Notes: generated from the sequence alone by a model not told the origin. Counted from the stretch's first letter, positions 14,801-30,250 are shown. The stretch: 64,000 nucleotides of DNA from Eledone cirrhosa (GCA_964016885.1 OZ024740.1:418996001-419060000), one strand, 5' to 3'. Translations and numbers: made by a program.

Positions 14801-16991
14801 TAACTGTTGTGTTCTCACCTAACCTAACTGTTGTGTTCTCATCCAACCTAACTGTTGTGTTATCATCCAACCTAACTGTTGTGTTCTCATCCAACCTAAC
14901 TGTTGTGTTCTCACCCAACCTAACTGTTGTGTTCTCACCCAACCTAACTGTTGTGTTCTCACCCAACCTAACTGTTGTGTTCTCACCCAACCTAACTGTT
15001 GTGTTCTCATCCAACCTAACTGTTGTGTTCTCATCCAACCTAACTGTTGTGTTCTCATCCAACCTAACTGTTGTGTTCTCATCCAACCTAACTGTTGTGT
15101 TCTCACCCAACCTAACTGAAGTTCTCACCTAACCTAACTGTTGTGTTCTCATCCAACCTAACTGTTGTGTTCTCACCCAACCTAACTGTTGTGTTCTCAT
15201 CCAACCTAACTGAAGTTCTCATCCAACCTAACTGAAGTTCTCATCCAACCTAACTGTTGTGTTCTTATCCAACCTAACTGAAGTTCTCATCCAACCTAAC
15301 TGTTGTGTTCTCATCCAACCTAACTGTTGTGTTCTCACCCAACCTAACTGAAGTTCTCACCTAACCTAACTGTTGTGTTCTCACCCAACCTAACTCAAGT
15401 TCTCACCTAACCTAACTGTTATGTTCTCACCCAACCTAACTGTTGTGTTCTCATCCAACCTAACTGTTGTGTTATCATCCAACCTAACTGTTGTGTTCTC
15501 ACCTAACCTAACTGTTGTGTTCTCATCCAACCTAACTGTTGTGTTATCATCCAACCTAACTGTTGTGTTCTCATCCAACCTAACTGTTGTGTTCTCACCC
15601 AACCTAACTGTTGTGTTCTCACCCAACCTAACTGTTGTGTTCTCACCCAACCTAACTGTTGTGTTCTCACCCAACCTAACTGTTGTGTTCTCATCCAACC
15701 TAACTGTTGTGTTCTCATCCAACCTAACTGTTGTGTTCTCATCCAACCTAACTGTTGTGTTCTCATCCAACCTAACTGTTGTGTTCTCACCCAACCTAAC
15801 TGAAGTTCTCACCTAACCTAACTGTTGTGTTCTCATCCAACCTAACTGTTGTGTTCTCACCCAACCTAACTGTTGTGTTCTCATCCAACCTAACTGAAGT
15901 TCTCATCCAACCTAACTGAAGTTCTCATCCAACCTAACTGTTGTGTTCTCATCCAACCTAACTGAAGTTCTCATCCAACCTAACTGTTGTGTTCTCATCC
16001 AACCTAACTGTTGTGTTCTCACCCAACCTAACTGAAGTTCTCACCTAACCTAACTGTTGTGTTCTCACCCAACCTAACTGTTGTGTTCTCATCCAACCTA
16101 ACTGTTGTGTTCGCACCCAACCTAACTGTTGTGTTCTCATCCAACCTAACTGTTGTGTTCTCACCCAACCTAACTGTTGTGTTCTCATCCAACCTAACTT
16201 TTGTGTTCTCACCCAACCTAACTGTTGTGTTCTCACCCAACCTAACTGTTGTGTTCTCATCCAACCTAACTGAAATTCTCACCCAACCTAAATGTTGTGT
16301 TCTCACCCAACCTAACTGAAGTTCTCACCCAACCTAACTGTTGTGTTCTCACCCAACCTAACTGTTGTGTTCTCATACAACCTAACTGAAGTTCTCACCC
16401 AACCTAACTGTTGTGTTCTCACCCAACCTAACTGTTGTGTTCTCATCCAACCTAACTGTTGTGTTCTCACCCAACCTAACTGTTGTGTTCTCACCCAACC
16501 TAACTGTTGTGTTCTCATACAACCTAACTGAAGTTCTCACCCAACCTAACTGTTGTGTTCTCACCCAACCTAACTGTTGTGTTCTCATACAACCTAACTG
16601 AAGTTCTCACCCAACCTAACTGTTGTGTTCTCACCCAACCTAACTGTTGTGTTCTCATCCAACCTAACTGTTGTGTTCTCACCCAACCTAACTGTTGTGT
16701 TCTCACCCAACCTAACTGTTGTGTTCTCATACAACCTAACTGAAGTTCTCACCCAACCTAACTGTTGTGTTCTCACCCAACCTAACTGTTGTGTTCTCAT
16801 CCAACCTAACTGTTGTGTTCTCACCCAACCTAACTGTTGTGTTCTCACCCAACCTAACTGTTGTGTTCTCACCCAACCTAACTGAAGTTCTCTCCCAACC
16901 TAACTGTTGTGTTCTCATCCAACCTAACTGTTGTGTTCTCATCCAACCTAACTGAAGTTCTCACCCAACCTAACTGTTGTGTTCTCATCCA
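2866..16991 (+). repeat. Higher-order tandem duplication, 2 x 7063 bp (~2866-9928 and ~9929-16991)
   Basis: ORF-track pattern repeats at a constant 7063 offset (2914/9977, 5693/12756, 9704/16767). Private variants are shared, e.g. CACACAACC, the 25-bp unit CTGTTTTTGTTC (~4862/~11925) and GTTCGCACC (~9046/~16109). Only a handful of differences seen. Confidence 0.93.
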
Positions 16992-19900
16992 ACCTAACTG
17001 TTGTGTTCTCACCCAACCTAACTGAAGTTCTCACCTAACCTAACTGTTGTGTTCCCATCCAACCTAACTGTTGTGTTCTCACCCAACCTAACTGTTGTGT
17101 TCTCATCCAACCTAACTGTTGTGTTCTCACCCAACCTAACTGAAGTTCTCACCCAACCTAACTGTTGTGTTCTCATCCAACCTAACTGTTGTGTTCTCAC
17201 CCAACCTAACTGAAGTTCTCACCTAACCTAACTGTTGTGTTCCCATCCAACCTAACTGTTGTGTTCTCACCCAACCTAACTGAAGTTCTCACCCAACCTA
17301 ACTGAAGTTCTCACCCAACCTAACTGAAGTTCTCATCCAACCTAACTGTTGTGGTCTCATTCAACCTAACTGTTGTGTTCTCCCCCAACCTAACTGAAGT
17401 TCTCACCCAACCTAACTGAAGTTCTCCCCCAACCTAACTGAAGTTCTCACCCAACCTAACTGTTGTGTTCTCATCCAACCTAACTGAAGTTCTCACCCAA
17501 CCTAACGGTTGTGTTCTCATCCAACCTAACTATTGTGTTCTCAGCCAACCTAACTGTTGTGTTCTTTCCCAACCTAACTGAAGTTCTCACCCAACCTAAC
17601 TGTTGTGTTCTCATCCAACCTAACTGTTGTGTTCTCACCCAACCTAACTGAAGTTCTCACCTAACCTAACTGTTGTGTTCTCATACAACCTAACTGTTGT
17701 GTTCTTACCCAACCTAACTGAAGTTCTCATCCAACCTAACTGTTGTGTTCTCATCCAACCTAACTGTTGTGTTCTCATCCAACCTAACTGTTATGTTCTC
17801 ATCCAACCTAACTGTTGTGTTCTCATCCAACCTAACTGTTGTGTTCTCACCCAACCTAACTGAAGTTCTCACCTAACCTAACTGTTGTGTTCTCACCTAA
17901 CCTAACTGTTGTGTTCTCACCCAACCTAACTGAAGTTCTCACCTAACCTAACTGTTGTGTTCTCACCTAACCTAACTGATGTGTTCTCACCCAACCTAAC
18001 TGAAGTTCTCACCTAACCTAACTGTTGTGTTCTCACCTAACCTAACTGTTGTGTTCTCACCCAACCTAACTCAAGTTCTCACCTGACTTAACTGTTGTGT
18101 TCTCACCTAACCTAACTGTTGTGTTCTCACCCAACCTAACTGAAGTTCTCACCTAACCTAACTGTTGTGTTCTCACCTAACCTAACTGTTGTGTTCTCAC
18201 CCAACCTAACTCAAGTTCTCACCTAACCTAACTGTTATGTTCTCACCTAACCTAACTGTTGTGTTCTCACCCAACCTAACTGTTGTGTTCTCATCCAACC
18301 TAACTGTTGTGTTATCATCCAACCTAACTGTTGTGTTCTCACCTAACCTAACTGTTGTGTTCTCATCCAACCTAACTGTTGTGTTATCATCCAACCTAAC
18401 TGTTGTGTTCTCATCCAACCTAACTGTTGTGTTCTCACCCAACCTAACTGTTGTGTTCTCACCTAACCTAACTGTTGTGTTCTCACCCAACCTAACTGTT
18501 GTGTTCTCACCCAACCTAACTGTTGTGTTCTCACCCAACCTAACTGTTGTGTTCTCATCCAACCTAACTGTTGTGTTCTCACCTAACCTAACTGTTGTGT
18601 TCTCACCCAACCTAACTGAAGTTCTCACCCAACCTAACTGAAGTTCTCACCCAACCTAACTGTTGTGTTCTCACCCAACCTAACTGTTGTGTTCTCATCC
18701 AACCTAACTGTTGTGTTCTCACCCAACCTAACTGTTGTGTTCTTATCCAACCTAACTGTTGTGTTCTCACCCAACCTAACTGAAGTTCTCACCTAACCTA
18801 ACTGTTGTGTTCTCACCCAACCTAACTGTTGTGTTCTCACCCAACCTAACTGAAGTTCTCACCTAACCTAACTGTTGTGTTCTCACCCAACCTAACTGTT
18901 GTGTTCTCACCCAACCTAACTGTTGTGTTCTCATCCAACATACCTGTTGTGTTCTCATCCAACCTAACTGTTGTGTTATCATCCAACCTAACTGTTGTGT
19001 TCTCATCCAACCTAACTGTTGTGTTCTCACCCAACCTAACTGTTGTGTTCTCATCCAACCTAACTGTTGTGTTCTCACCCAACCTAACTGTTGTGTTCTC
19101 ACCCAACCTAACTGTTGTGTTCTCACCCAACCTAACTGAAGTTCTCACCTAACCTATCTGTTGTGTTCTCACCCAACCTAACTGTTGTGTTCTCATCCAA
19201 CCTAACTGTTGTGTTCTCATCCAACCTAACTGTTGTGTTCTCACCCAACCTAACTGTTGTGTTCTCATCCAACCTAACTGAAGTTCTCACCCAACCTAAC
19301 TGAAGTTCTCACCTAACCTAACTGTTGTGTTCTCACCCAACCTAACTGAAGTTCTCACCTAACCTAACTGTTGTGTTCTCACCTAACCTAACTGTTGTGT
19401 TCTCACCCAACCTAACTCAAGTTCTCACCTAACCTAACTGTTATGTTCTCACCCAACCTAACTGTTGTGTTCTCATCCAACATACCTGTTGTGTTCTCAT
19501 CCAACCTAACTGTTGTGTTATCATCCAACCTAACTGTTGTGTTCTCACCTAACCTAACTGTTGTGTTCTCATCCAACCTAACTGTTGTGTTATCATCCAA
19601 CCTAACTGTTGTGTTCTCATCCAACCTAACTGTTGTGTTCTCATCCAACCTAACTGAAGTTCTCACCCAACCTAACTGTTGTGTTCTCACCCAACCTAAC
19701 TCAAGTTCTCACCTAACCTAACTGTTATGTTCTCACCCAACCTAACTGTTGTGTTCTCATCCAACCTAACTGAAGTTCTCACCCAACCTAACTGTTGTGT
19801 TCTCATCCAACCTAACTGTTGTGTTATCATCCAACCTAACTGTTGTGTTCTCATCCAACCTAACTGAAGTTCTCACCTAACCTAACTGTTGTGTTCTCAC

Positions 19901-21359
19901 CCAACCTAACTGTTGTGTTCTCACCCAACCTAACTGAAGTTCTCACCTAACCTAACTGTTGTGTTCTCACCCAACCTAACTGTTGTGTTCTCACCCAACC
20001 TAACTGTTGTGTTCTCATCCAACATACCTGTTGTGTTCTCATCCAACCTAACTGTTGTGTTATCATCCAACCGAACTGTTGTGTTCTCATCCAACCTAAC
20101 TGTTGTGTTCTCACCCAACCTAACTGTTGTGTTCTCATCCAACCTAACTGTTGTGTTCTCACCCAACCTAACTGTTGTGTTCTCACCCAACCTAACTCTT
20201 GTATTCTCACCCAACCTAACTGAAGTTCTCACCTAACCTATCTGTTGTGTTCTCACCCAACCTAACTGTTGTGTTCTCATCCAACCTAACTGTTGTGTTC
20301 TCACCCAACCTAACTGAAGTTCTCACCTAACCTATCTGTTGTGTTCTCACCCAACCTAACTGTTGTGTTCTCATCCAACCTAACTGTTGTGTTCTCATCC
20401 AACCTATCTGTTGTGTTCTCACCCAACCTAACTGTTGTGTTCTCATCCAACCTAACTGTTGTGTTATCATCCAACCTAACTGTTGTGTTCTCATCCAACC
20501 TAACTGTTGTGTTCTCATCCAACCTAACTGTTGTGTTCTCACCCAACCTAACTGTTGTGTTCTCATCCAACCTAACTGTTGTGTTCTCACCCAACCTAAC
20601 TGAAGTTCTCACCTAACCTATCTGTTGTGTTCTCACCCAACCTAACTGTTGTGTTCTCATCCAACCTAACTGTTGTGTTCTCACCCAACCTAACTGAAGT
20701 TCTCACCTAACCTAACTGTTGTGTTCTCACCCAACCTAACTGAAGTTCTCACCTAACCTATCTGTTGTGTTCTCACCCAACCTAACTGTTGTGTTCTCAC
20801 CCAACCTAACTGTTGTGTTCTCATCCAACCTAACTGAAGTTCTCACCCAACCTAACTGTTGTGTTCTCATCCAACCTAACTGTTGTGTTCTCACCCAACC
20901 TAACTGTTGTGTTATCATCCAACCTAACTGTTGTGTTCTCACCCAACCTAACTGAAGTTCTCACCTAACCTAACTGTTGTGTTTTCACCCAACCTAACTG
21001 TTGTGTTCTCACCCAACCTAACTGTTGTGTTCTCATCCAACCTAACTGAAGTTCTCACCCAACCTAACTGTTGTGTTCTCACCCAACCTAACTGAATTTC
21101 TCACCCAACCTAACTGTTGTGTTCTCATCCAACCTAACTGTTGTGTTCTCACCCAACCTAACTGTTGTGTTCTCATCCAACGTAACTGTTGTGTTCTCAC
21201 CCAACCTAACTGAAGTTCTCACCCAACCTAACTGTTGTGTTCTCATCCAACCTAACTGTTGTGTTCTCATCCAACCTAACTGTTGTGTTCTCACCCAACC
21301 TAACTGTTGTGTTCTCACCCAACCTAACTGAAGTTCTGACCCAACCTAACTGTTGTGTT

Positions 21360-24300
21360 ATCATCCAACCTAACTGTTGTGTTCTCACCCAACCTAACTG
21401 TTGTGTTCTCATACAACCTAACTGAAGTTCTCACCCAACCTAACTGAAGTTCTCACCCAACCTAACTGTTGTGTTCTCACGCAACCTAACTGTTGTGTTC
21501 TCAAACAACCTAACTGTTGTGTTCTTACCCAACCTAACTGAAGTTCTCACCTAACCTAACTGTTGTGTTCTCATAAAACCTAACTGTTGTGTTCTCACCC
21601 AACCTAACTGTTGTGTTCTCATACAACCTAACTGAAGTTCTCACCCAACCTAACTGAAGTTCTCACCCAACCTAACTGTTGTGTTCTCACCCAACCTAAC
21701 TGAAGTTCTCTCCCAACCTAACTGAAGTTCTTATCCAAACTAACTGCTGTGTTCTTACCCAACCTAACTGAAGTTCTCACCCAACCTAACTGTTGTGTTA
21801 TCATCCAACCTAACTGTTGTGTTCTCACCCAACCTAACTGTTGTGTTCTCATACAACCTAACTGAAGTTCTCACCCAACCTAACTGTTGTGTTCTCACCC
21901 AACCTAAATGTTGTGTTCTCACCCAACCTAACTGTTGTGTTCTCATCCAACCTAACTGAAGTTCTCACCCAACCTAACTGAAGTTCTCTCCCAACCTAAC
22001 TGTTGTGTTCTCACCCAACCTAACTGAAGTTCTCACCCAACCTAACTGTTGTGTTCTCATCCAACCTAACTGTTGTGTTCTCACCCAACCTAACTGAAGT
22101 TCTCACCTAACCTAACTGTTGTGTTCTCATCCAACCTAACTGTTGTGTTCTCACCCAACCTAACTGTTGTGTTCTCATCCAACCTAACTGTTGTGTTCTC
22201 ATTCAACCTAACTGTTGTGTTCTCACCCAACCTAACTGAAGTTCTCACCCAACCTAACTGTTGTGTTCTCATCCAACCTAACTGTTGTGTTCTCACCCAA
22301 CCTAACTGAAGTTCTCATCCAACCTAACTGAATTTCTCATCCAACCTAACTGTTGTGTTCTCACCCAACCTAACTGAAATTCTCACCCAACCTAACTGTT
22401 GTGTTCACATCCAACCTAACTGAAGTTCTCATCCAACCTAACTGTTGTGTTCTCATTCAACCTAACTGTTGTGTTCTCACCCAACCTAACTGAAGTTCTC
22501 ACCCAACCTAACTGTTGTGTTCTCATCCAACCTAACTGTTGTGTTCTCACCCAACCTATCTGAAGTTCTCATCCAACCTAACTGAATTTCTCATCCAACC
22601 TAACTGTTGTGTTCTCATCCAACCTAACTGAAGTTCTCACCCAACCTAACTGCTGTGTTCTCGTTCAACCTAACTGTTGTGTTCTCACCCAACCTAACTG
22701 AAGTTCTCATCCAACCTAACTGAATTTCTCATCCAACCTAACTGTTGTGTTCTCACCCAACCTAACTGAAGTTCTCACCCAACCTAACTGTTGTGTTCAC
22801 ATCCAACCTAACTGAAGTTCTCATCCAACCTAACTGTTGTGTTCTCATTCAACCTAACTGTTGTGTTCTCACCCAACCTAACTGAAGTTCTCACCCAACC
22901 TAACTGTTGTGTTCTCATCCAACCTAACTGAAGTTCTCATCCAACCTAACTGTTGTGTTCTCATTCAACCTAACTGTTGTGTTCTCACCCAACCTAACTG
23001 AAGTTCTCACCCAACCTAACTGTTGTGTTCTCATCCAACCTAACTGTTGTGTTCACATCCAACCTAACTGAAGTTCTCATCCAACCTAACTGTTGTGTTC
23101 TCATTCAACCTAACTGTTGTGTTCTCACCCAACCTAACTGAAGTTCTCACCCAACCTAACTGTTGTGTTCTCATCCAACCTAACTGTTGTGTTCTCACCC
23201 AACCTAACTGAAGTTCTCATCCAACCTAACTGAATTTCTCATTGAACCTAACTGTTGTGTTCTCATCCAACCTAACTGAAGTTCTCACCCAACCTAACTG
23301 TTGTGTTCTCATCCAACCTAACTGAAGTTCTCACCCAACCTAACTGTTGTGTTCACATCCAACCTAACTGAAGTTCTCATCCAACCTAACTGTTGTGTTC
23401 TCATTCAACCTAACTGTTGTGTTCTCACCCAACCTAACTGTTGTGTTCTCACCCAACCTAACTGTTGTGTTCTCATCCAACCTAACTGAAGTTCTCACCC
23501 AACCTAACTGTTGTGTTCTCATCCAACCTAACTGAAGTTCTCACCCAACCTAACTGTTGTGTTCACATCCAACCTAACTGAAGTTCTCATCCAACCTAAC
23601 TGTTGTGTTCTCATTCAACCTAACTGTTGTGTTCTCACCCAACCTAACTGTTGTGTTCTCACCCAACCTAACTGTTGTGTTCTCATCCAACCTAACTGAA
23701 GTTCTCACCCAACCTAACTGTTGTGTTCTCATCCAACCTAACTGAAGTTCTCACCCAACCTAACTGTTGTGTTCACATCCAACCTAACTGAAGTTCTCAC
23801 CCAACCTAACTGTTGTGTTCTCATCCAACCTAACTGTTGTGTTCTCACCCAAGCTAACTGTTGTGTTCTCATCCAACCTAACTGAAGTTCTCAACCAACC
23901 TAACTGTTGTGTTCACATCCAACCTAACTGAAGTTCTCACCCAACCTAACTGTTGTGTTCTCATCCAACCTAACTGTTGTGTTCTCACCCAACCTAACTG
24001 TTGTGTTCTCATCCAACCTAACTGAAGTTCTCACCCAACCTAACTGTTGTGTTCACATCCAACCTAACTGAAGTTCTCACCCAACCTAACTGTTGTGTTC
24101 ACATCCAACCTAACTGAAGTTCTCATGCAACCTAACTGAAGTTCTCACCCAACCTAACTGTTGTGTTCACATCCAACCTAACTGAAGTTCTCATCCAACC
24201 TAACTGTTGTGTTCTCATGCAACCTAACTGAAGGTCTCACCCAACCTAACTGTTGTGTTCTCATCCAACCTAACTGTTGTGTTCTCACCCAACCTAACTG

Positions 24301-27300
24301 TTGTGTTCTCATACAACCTAACTGAAGTTCTCACCCAACCTAACTGAAGTTCTCACCCAACCTAACTGTTGTGTTCTCACCCAACCTAACTGTTGTGTTC
24401 TCATACAACCTAACTGAAGTTCTCACCCAACCTAACTGAAGTTCTCACCCTACCTAACTGTTGTGTTCTCACCCAACCTAACTGTTGTGTTCTCACCCAA
24501 CCTAACTGTTGTGTTCTCACCCAACCTAACTGAAGTTCTCACCTAACCTATCTGTTGTGTTCTCACCCAACCTAACTGTTGTGTTCTCACCCAACCTAAC
24601 TGTTGTGTTCTCATCAAACCTAACTGAAGTTCTCACCCAACCTAACTGTTGTGTTCTCACCCAACCTAACTGAAGTTCTCACCTAACCTAACTGTTGTGT
24701 TCTCATCCAACCTAACTGTTGTGTTCTCACCCAACCTAACTGTTGTGTTCTCATCCAACCTAACTGAAGTTCTCACCCAACCTAACTGAAGTTCTCACCC
24801 AACCTAACTGTTGTGTTCTCATCCAACCTAACTGAAGTTCTCACCCAACCTAACTGAAGTTCTCACCCAACCTAATTGTTGTGTTCTCACCCAACCTAAC
24901 TGTTGTGTTCTCACCCAACCTAACTGAAGTTCTCATCCAACCTAACTGTTGTGTTCTCACCCAACCTAACTGAAGTTCTCACCTAACCAAACTGTTGTGT
25001 TCTCACCCAACCTAACTGTTGTGTTATCATCCACCCTAACTGTTGTGTTCTCACCCAACCTAACTGAAGTTCTCACCTAACCTAACTGTTGTGTTCTCAC
25101 CCAACCTAACTGTTGTGTTCTCACCCAACCTAACTGTTGTGTTCTCATCCAACCTAACTGTTGTGTTCTCATCCAACCTAACTGTTGTGTTCTCATCCAA
25201 CCTAACTGTTGTGTTCTCATCCAACCTAACTGTTGTGTTCTCACCCAACCTAACTGTTGTGTTCTCATCCAACCTAACTGTTGTGTTCTCATTCAACCTA
25301 AATAAAGTTCTCACCTAACCTAACTGTTGTGTTCTCACCCAACCTAACTGTTGTGTTCTCACCCAACCTAACTGTTGTGTTCTCATCCAACCTAACTGAA
25401 GTTCTCACCCAACCTAACTGTTGTGTTCTCATACAACCTAACTGAAGTTGTCACCCAACCTAACTGAAGTTCTCACCCAACCTAACTGTTGTGTTCTCAT
25501 ACAACCTAAGTGAAGTTCTCACCCAACCTAACTTTTGTGTTCTCTCCCAACCTAACTGTTGTGTTCTCACCCAACTTAACTGAAGTTCTCACCCAACCTA
25601 ACTGTTGTGTTCTCATCCAACCTAACTGTTGTGTTCTCACTCAACCTAACTGTTGTGTTCTCATACAACCTAACTGAAGTTCTCACCCAACCTAACTGTT
25701 GTGTTCTCATCCAACCTAACTGTTGTGTTCTCACCCAACCTAACTGTTGTGTTCTCATACAACCTAACTGAAGTTCTCACCCAACCTAACTGAAGTTCTC
25801 ACCCAACCTAACTGTTGTGTTCTCACCCAACCTAACTGTTGTGTTCTCAAACAACCTAACTGTTGTGTTCTTACCCAACCTAACTGAAGTTCTCACCTAA
25901 CCTAACTGTTGTGTTCTCATAAAACCTAACTGTTGTGTTCTCACCCAACCTAACTGTTCTGTTCTCATACAACCTAACTGAAGTTCTCACCCAACCTAAC
26001 TGAAGTTCTCACCCAACCTAACTGTTGTGTTCTCACCCAACCTAACTGAAGTTCTCTCCCAACCTAACTGAAGTTCTTATCCAAACTAACTGCTGTGTTC
26101 TTACCCAACCTAACTGAAGTTCTCACCCAACCTAACTGTTGTGTTATCATCCAACCTAACTGTTGTGTTCTCACCCAACCTAACTGTTGTGTTCTCATAC
26201 AACCTAACTGAAGTTCTCACCCAACCTAACTGAAGTTCTCACCTAACCTAACTGTTGTGTTCTCACCCAACCTAACTGTTGTGTTCTCATACAACCTAAC
26301 TGAAGTTCTCACCCAACCTAACTGTTGTGTTCTCACCCAACCTAAATGTTGTGTTCTCACCCAACCTAACTGTTGTGTTCTCATCCAACCTAACTGAAGT
26401 TCTCACCCAACCTAACTGAAGTTCTCTCCCAACCTAACTGTTGTGTTCTCACCCAACCTAACTGAAGTTCTCACCCAACCTAACTGTTGTGTTCTCATCC
26501 AACCTAACTGTTGTGTTCTCACCCAACCTAACTGAAGTTCTCACCTAACCTAACTGTTGTGTTCTCATCCAACCTAACTGTTGTGTTCTCACCCAACCTA
26601 ACTGTTGTGTTCTCATCCAACCTAACTGTTGTGTTCTCATTCAACCTAACTGTTGTGTTCTCACCCAACCTAACTGAAGTTCTCACCCAACCTAACTGTT
26701 GTGTTCTCATCCAACCTAACTGTTGTGTTCTCACCCAACCTAACTGAAGTTCTCATCCAACCTAACTGAATTTCTCATCCAACCTAACTGTTGTGTTCTC
26801 ACCCAACCTAACTGAAGTTCTCACCCAACCTAACTGTTGTGTTCACATCCAACCTAACTGAAGTTCTCATCCAACCTAACTGTTGTGTTCTCATTCAACC
26901 TAACTGTTGTGTTCTCACCCAACCTAACTGAAGTTCTCACCCAACCTAACTGTTGTGTTCTCATCCAACCTAACTGTTGTGTTCTCACCCAACCTAACTG
27001 AAGTTCTCATCCAACCTAACTGAATTTCTCATCCAACCTAACTGTTGTGTTCTCATCCAACCTAACTGAAGTTCTCACCCAACCTAACTGCTGTGTTCTC
27101 ATTCAACCTAACTGTTGTGTTCTCACCCAACCTAACTGAAGTTCTCATCCAACCTAACTGAATTTCTCATCCAACCTAACTGTTGTGTTCTCACCCAACC
27201 TAACTGAAGTTCTCACCCAACCTAACTGTTGTGTTCACATCCAACCTAACTGAAGTTCTCATCCAACCTAACTGTTGTGTTCTCATTCAACCTAACTGTT

Positions 27301-30250
27301 GTGTTCTCACCCAACCTAACTGAAGTTCTCACCCAACCTAACTGTTGTGTTCTCATCCAACCTAACTGTTGTGTTCACATCCAACCTAACTGAAGTTCTC
27401 ATCCAACCTAACTGTTGTGTTCTCATTCAACCTAACTGTTGTGTTCTCACCCAACCTAACTGAAGTTCTCACCCAACCTAACTGTTGTGTTCTCATCCAA
27501 CCTAACTGTTGTGTTCACATCCAACCTAACTGAAGTTCTCATCCAACCTAACTGTTGTGTTCTCATTCAACCTAACTGTTGTGTTCTCACCCAACCTAAC
27601 TGAAGTTCTCACCCAACCTAACTGTTGTGTTCTCATCCAACCTAACTGTTGTGTTCTCACCCAACCTAACTGAAGTTCTCATCCAACCTAACTGAATTTC
27701 TCATTGAACCTAACTGTTGTGTTCTCATCCAACCTAACTGAAGTTCTCACCCAACCTAACTGTTGTGTTCTCATCCAACCTAACTGAAGTTCTCACCCAA
27801 CCTAACTGTTGTGTTCACATCCAACCTAACTGAAGTTCTCATCCAACCTAACTGTTGTGTTCTCATTCAACCTAACTATTGTGTTCTCACCCAACCTAAC
27901 TGTTGTGTTCTCACCCAACCTAACTGTTGTGTTCTCATCCAACCTAACTGAAGTTCTCACCCAACCTAACTGTTGTGTTCTCATCCAACCTAACTGAAGT
28001 TCTCACCCAACCTAACTGTTGTGTTCACATCCAACCTAACTGAAGTTCTCATCCAACCTAACTGTTGTGTTCTCATTCAACCTAACTGTTGTGTTCTCAC
28101 CCAACCTAACTGTTGTGTTCTCACCCAACCTAACTGTTGTGTTCTCATCCAACCTAACTGAAGTTCTCACCCAACCTAACTGTTGTGTTCTCATCCAACC
28201 TAACTGAAGTTCTCACCCAACCTAACTGTTGTGTTCACATCCAACCTAACTGAAGTTCTCACCCAACCTAACTGTTGTGTTCTCATCCAACCTAACTGTT
28301 GTGTTCTCACCCAAGCTAACTGTTGTGTTCTCATCCAACCTAACTGAAGTTCTCAACCAACCTAAATGTTGTGTTCACATCCAACCTAACTGAAGTTCTC
28401 ACCCAACCTAACTGTTGTGTTCTCATCCAACCTAACTGTTGTGTTCTCACCCAACCTAACTGTTGTGTTCTCATCCAACCTAACTGAAGTTCTCACCCAA
28501 CCTAACTGTTGTGTTCACATCCAACCTAACTGAAGTTCTCACCCAACCTAACTGTTGTGTTCACATCCAACCTAACTGAAGTTCTCATGCAACCTAACTG
28601 AATTTCTCACCCAACCTAACTGTTGTGTTCACATCCAACCTAACTGAAGTTCTCATCCAACCTAACTGTTGTGTTCTCATGCAACCTAACTGAAGGTCTC
28701 ACCCAACCTAACTGTTGTGTTCTCATCCAACCTAACTGTTGTGTTCTCACCCAACCTAACTGTTGTGTTCTCATACAACCTAACTGAAGTTCTCACCCAA
28801 CCTAACTGAAGTTCTCACCCAACCTAACTGTTGTGTTCTCACCCAACCTAACTGTTGTGTTCTCATACAACCTAACTGAAGTTCTCACCCAACCTAACTG
28901 AAGTTCTCACCCTACCTAACTGTTGTGTTCTCACCCAACCTAACTGTTGTGTTCTCACCCAACCTAACTGTTGTGTTCTCACCCAACCTAACTGAAGTTC
29001 TCACCTAACCTATCTGTTGTGTTCTCACCCAACCTAACTGTTGTGTTCTCACCCAACCTAACTGTTGTGTTCTCATCCAACCTAACTGAAGTTCTCACCC
29101 AACCTAACTGTTGTGTTCTCACCCAACCTAACTGAAGTTCTCACCTAACCTAACTGTTGTGTTCTCATCCAACCTAACTGTTGTGTTCTCACCCAACCTA
29201 ACTGTTGTGTTCTCATCCAACCTAACTGAAGTTCTCACCCAACCTAACTGAAGTTCTCACCCAACCTAACTGTTGTGTTCTCACCCAACCTAACTGTTGT
29301 GTTCTCACCCAACCTAACTGAAGTTCTCACCCAACCTAACTGTTGTGTTCTCATCCAACCTAACTGAAGTTCTCACCCAACCTAACTGAAGTTCTCACCC
29401 AACCTAATTGTTGTGTTCTCACCCAACCTAACTGTTGTGTTCTCACCCAACCTAACTGAAGTTCTCATCCAACCTAACTGTTGTGTTCTCACCCAACCTA
29501 ACTGAAGTTCTCACCTAACCAAACTGTTGTGTTCTCACCCAACCTAACTGTTGTGTTATCATCCACCCTAACTGTTGTGTTCTCACCCAACCTAACTGAA
29601 GTTCTCACCTAACCTAACTGTTGTGTTCTCACCCAACCTAACTGTTGTGTTCTCACCCAACCTAACTGTTGTGTTCTCATCCAACCTAACTGTTGTGTTC
29701 TCATCCAACCTAACTGTTGTGTTCTCATCCAACCTAACTGTTGTGTTCTCATCCAACCTAACTGTTGTGTTCTCACCCAACCTAACTGTTGTGTTCTCAT
29801 CCAACCTAACTGTTGTGTTCTCATTCAACCTAAATAAAGTTCTCACCTAACCTAACTGTTGTGTTCTCACCCAACCTAACTGTTGTGTTCTCACCCAACC
29901 TAACTGTTGTGTTCTCATCCAACCTAACTGAAGTTCTCACCCAACCTAACTGTTGTGTTCTCACCCAACCTAACTGAAGTTCTCACCCAACCTAACTGTT
30001 GTGTTCTCATACAACCTAAGTGAAGTTCTCACCCAACCTAACTTTTGTGTTCTCTCCCAACCTAACTGTTGTGTTCTCACCCAACTTAACTGAAGTTCTC
30101 ACCCAACCTAACTGTTGTGTTCTCATCCAACCTAACTGTTGTGTTCTCACCCAACCTAACTGTTGTGTTCTCATACAACCTAACTGAAGTTCTCACCCAA
30201 CCTAACTGTTGTGTTCTCATCCAACCTAACTGTTGTGTTCTCACCCAACC
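21360..30250 (+). repeat. Higher-order tandem duplication of ~4.35-4.53 kb (~21360-25700 and ~25700-30250)
   Basis: Shared markers TCAAACAACC (21501/25847), CATTGAACC, CCAAGCTAAC, GAAGGTCTC and AAATAAAGTT. The offset grows 4346 -> 4438 -> 4532 through whole-unit indels. Confidence 0.85.
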
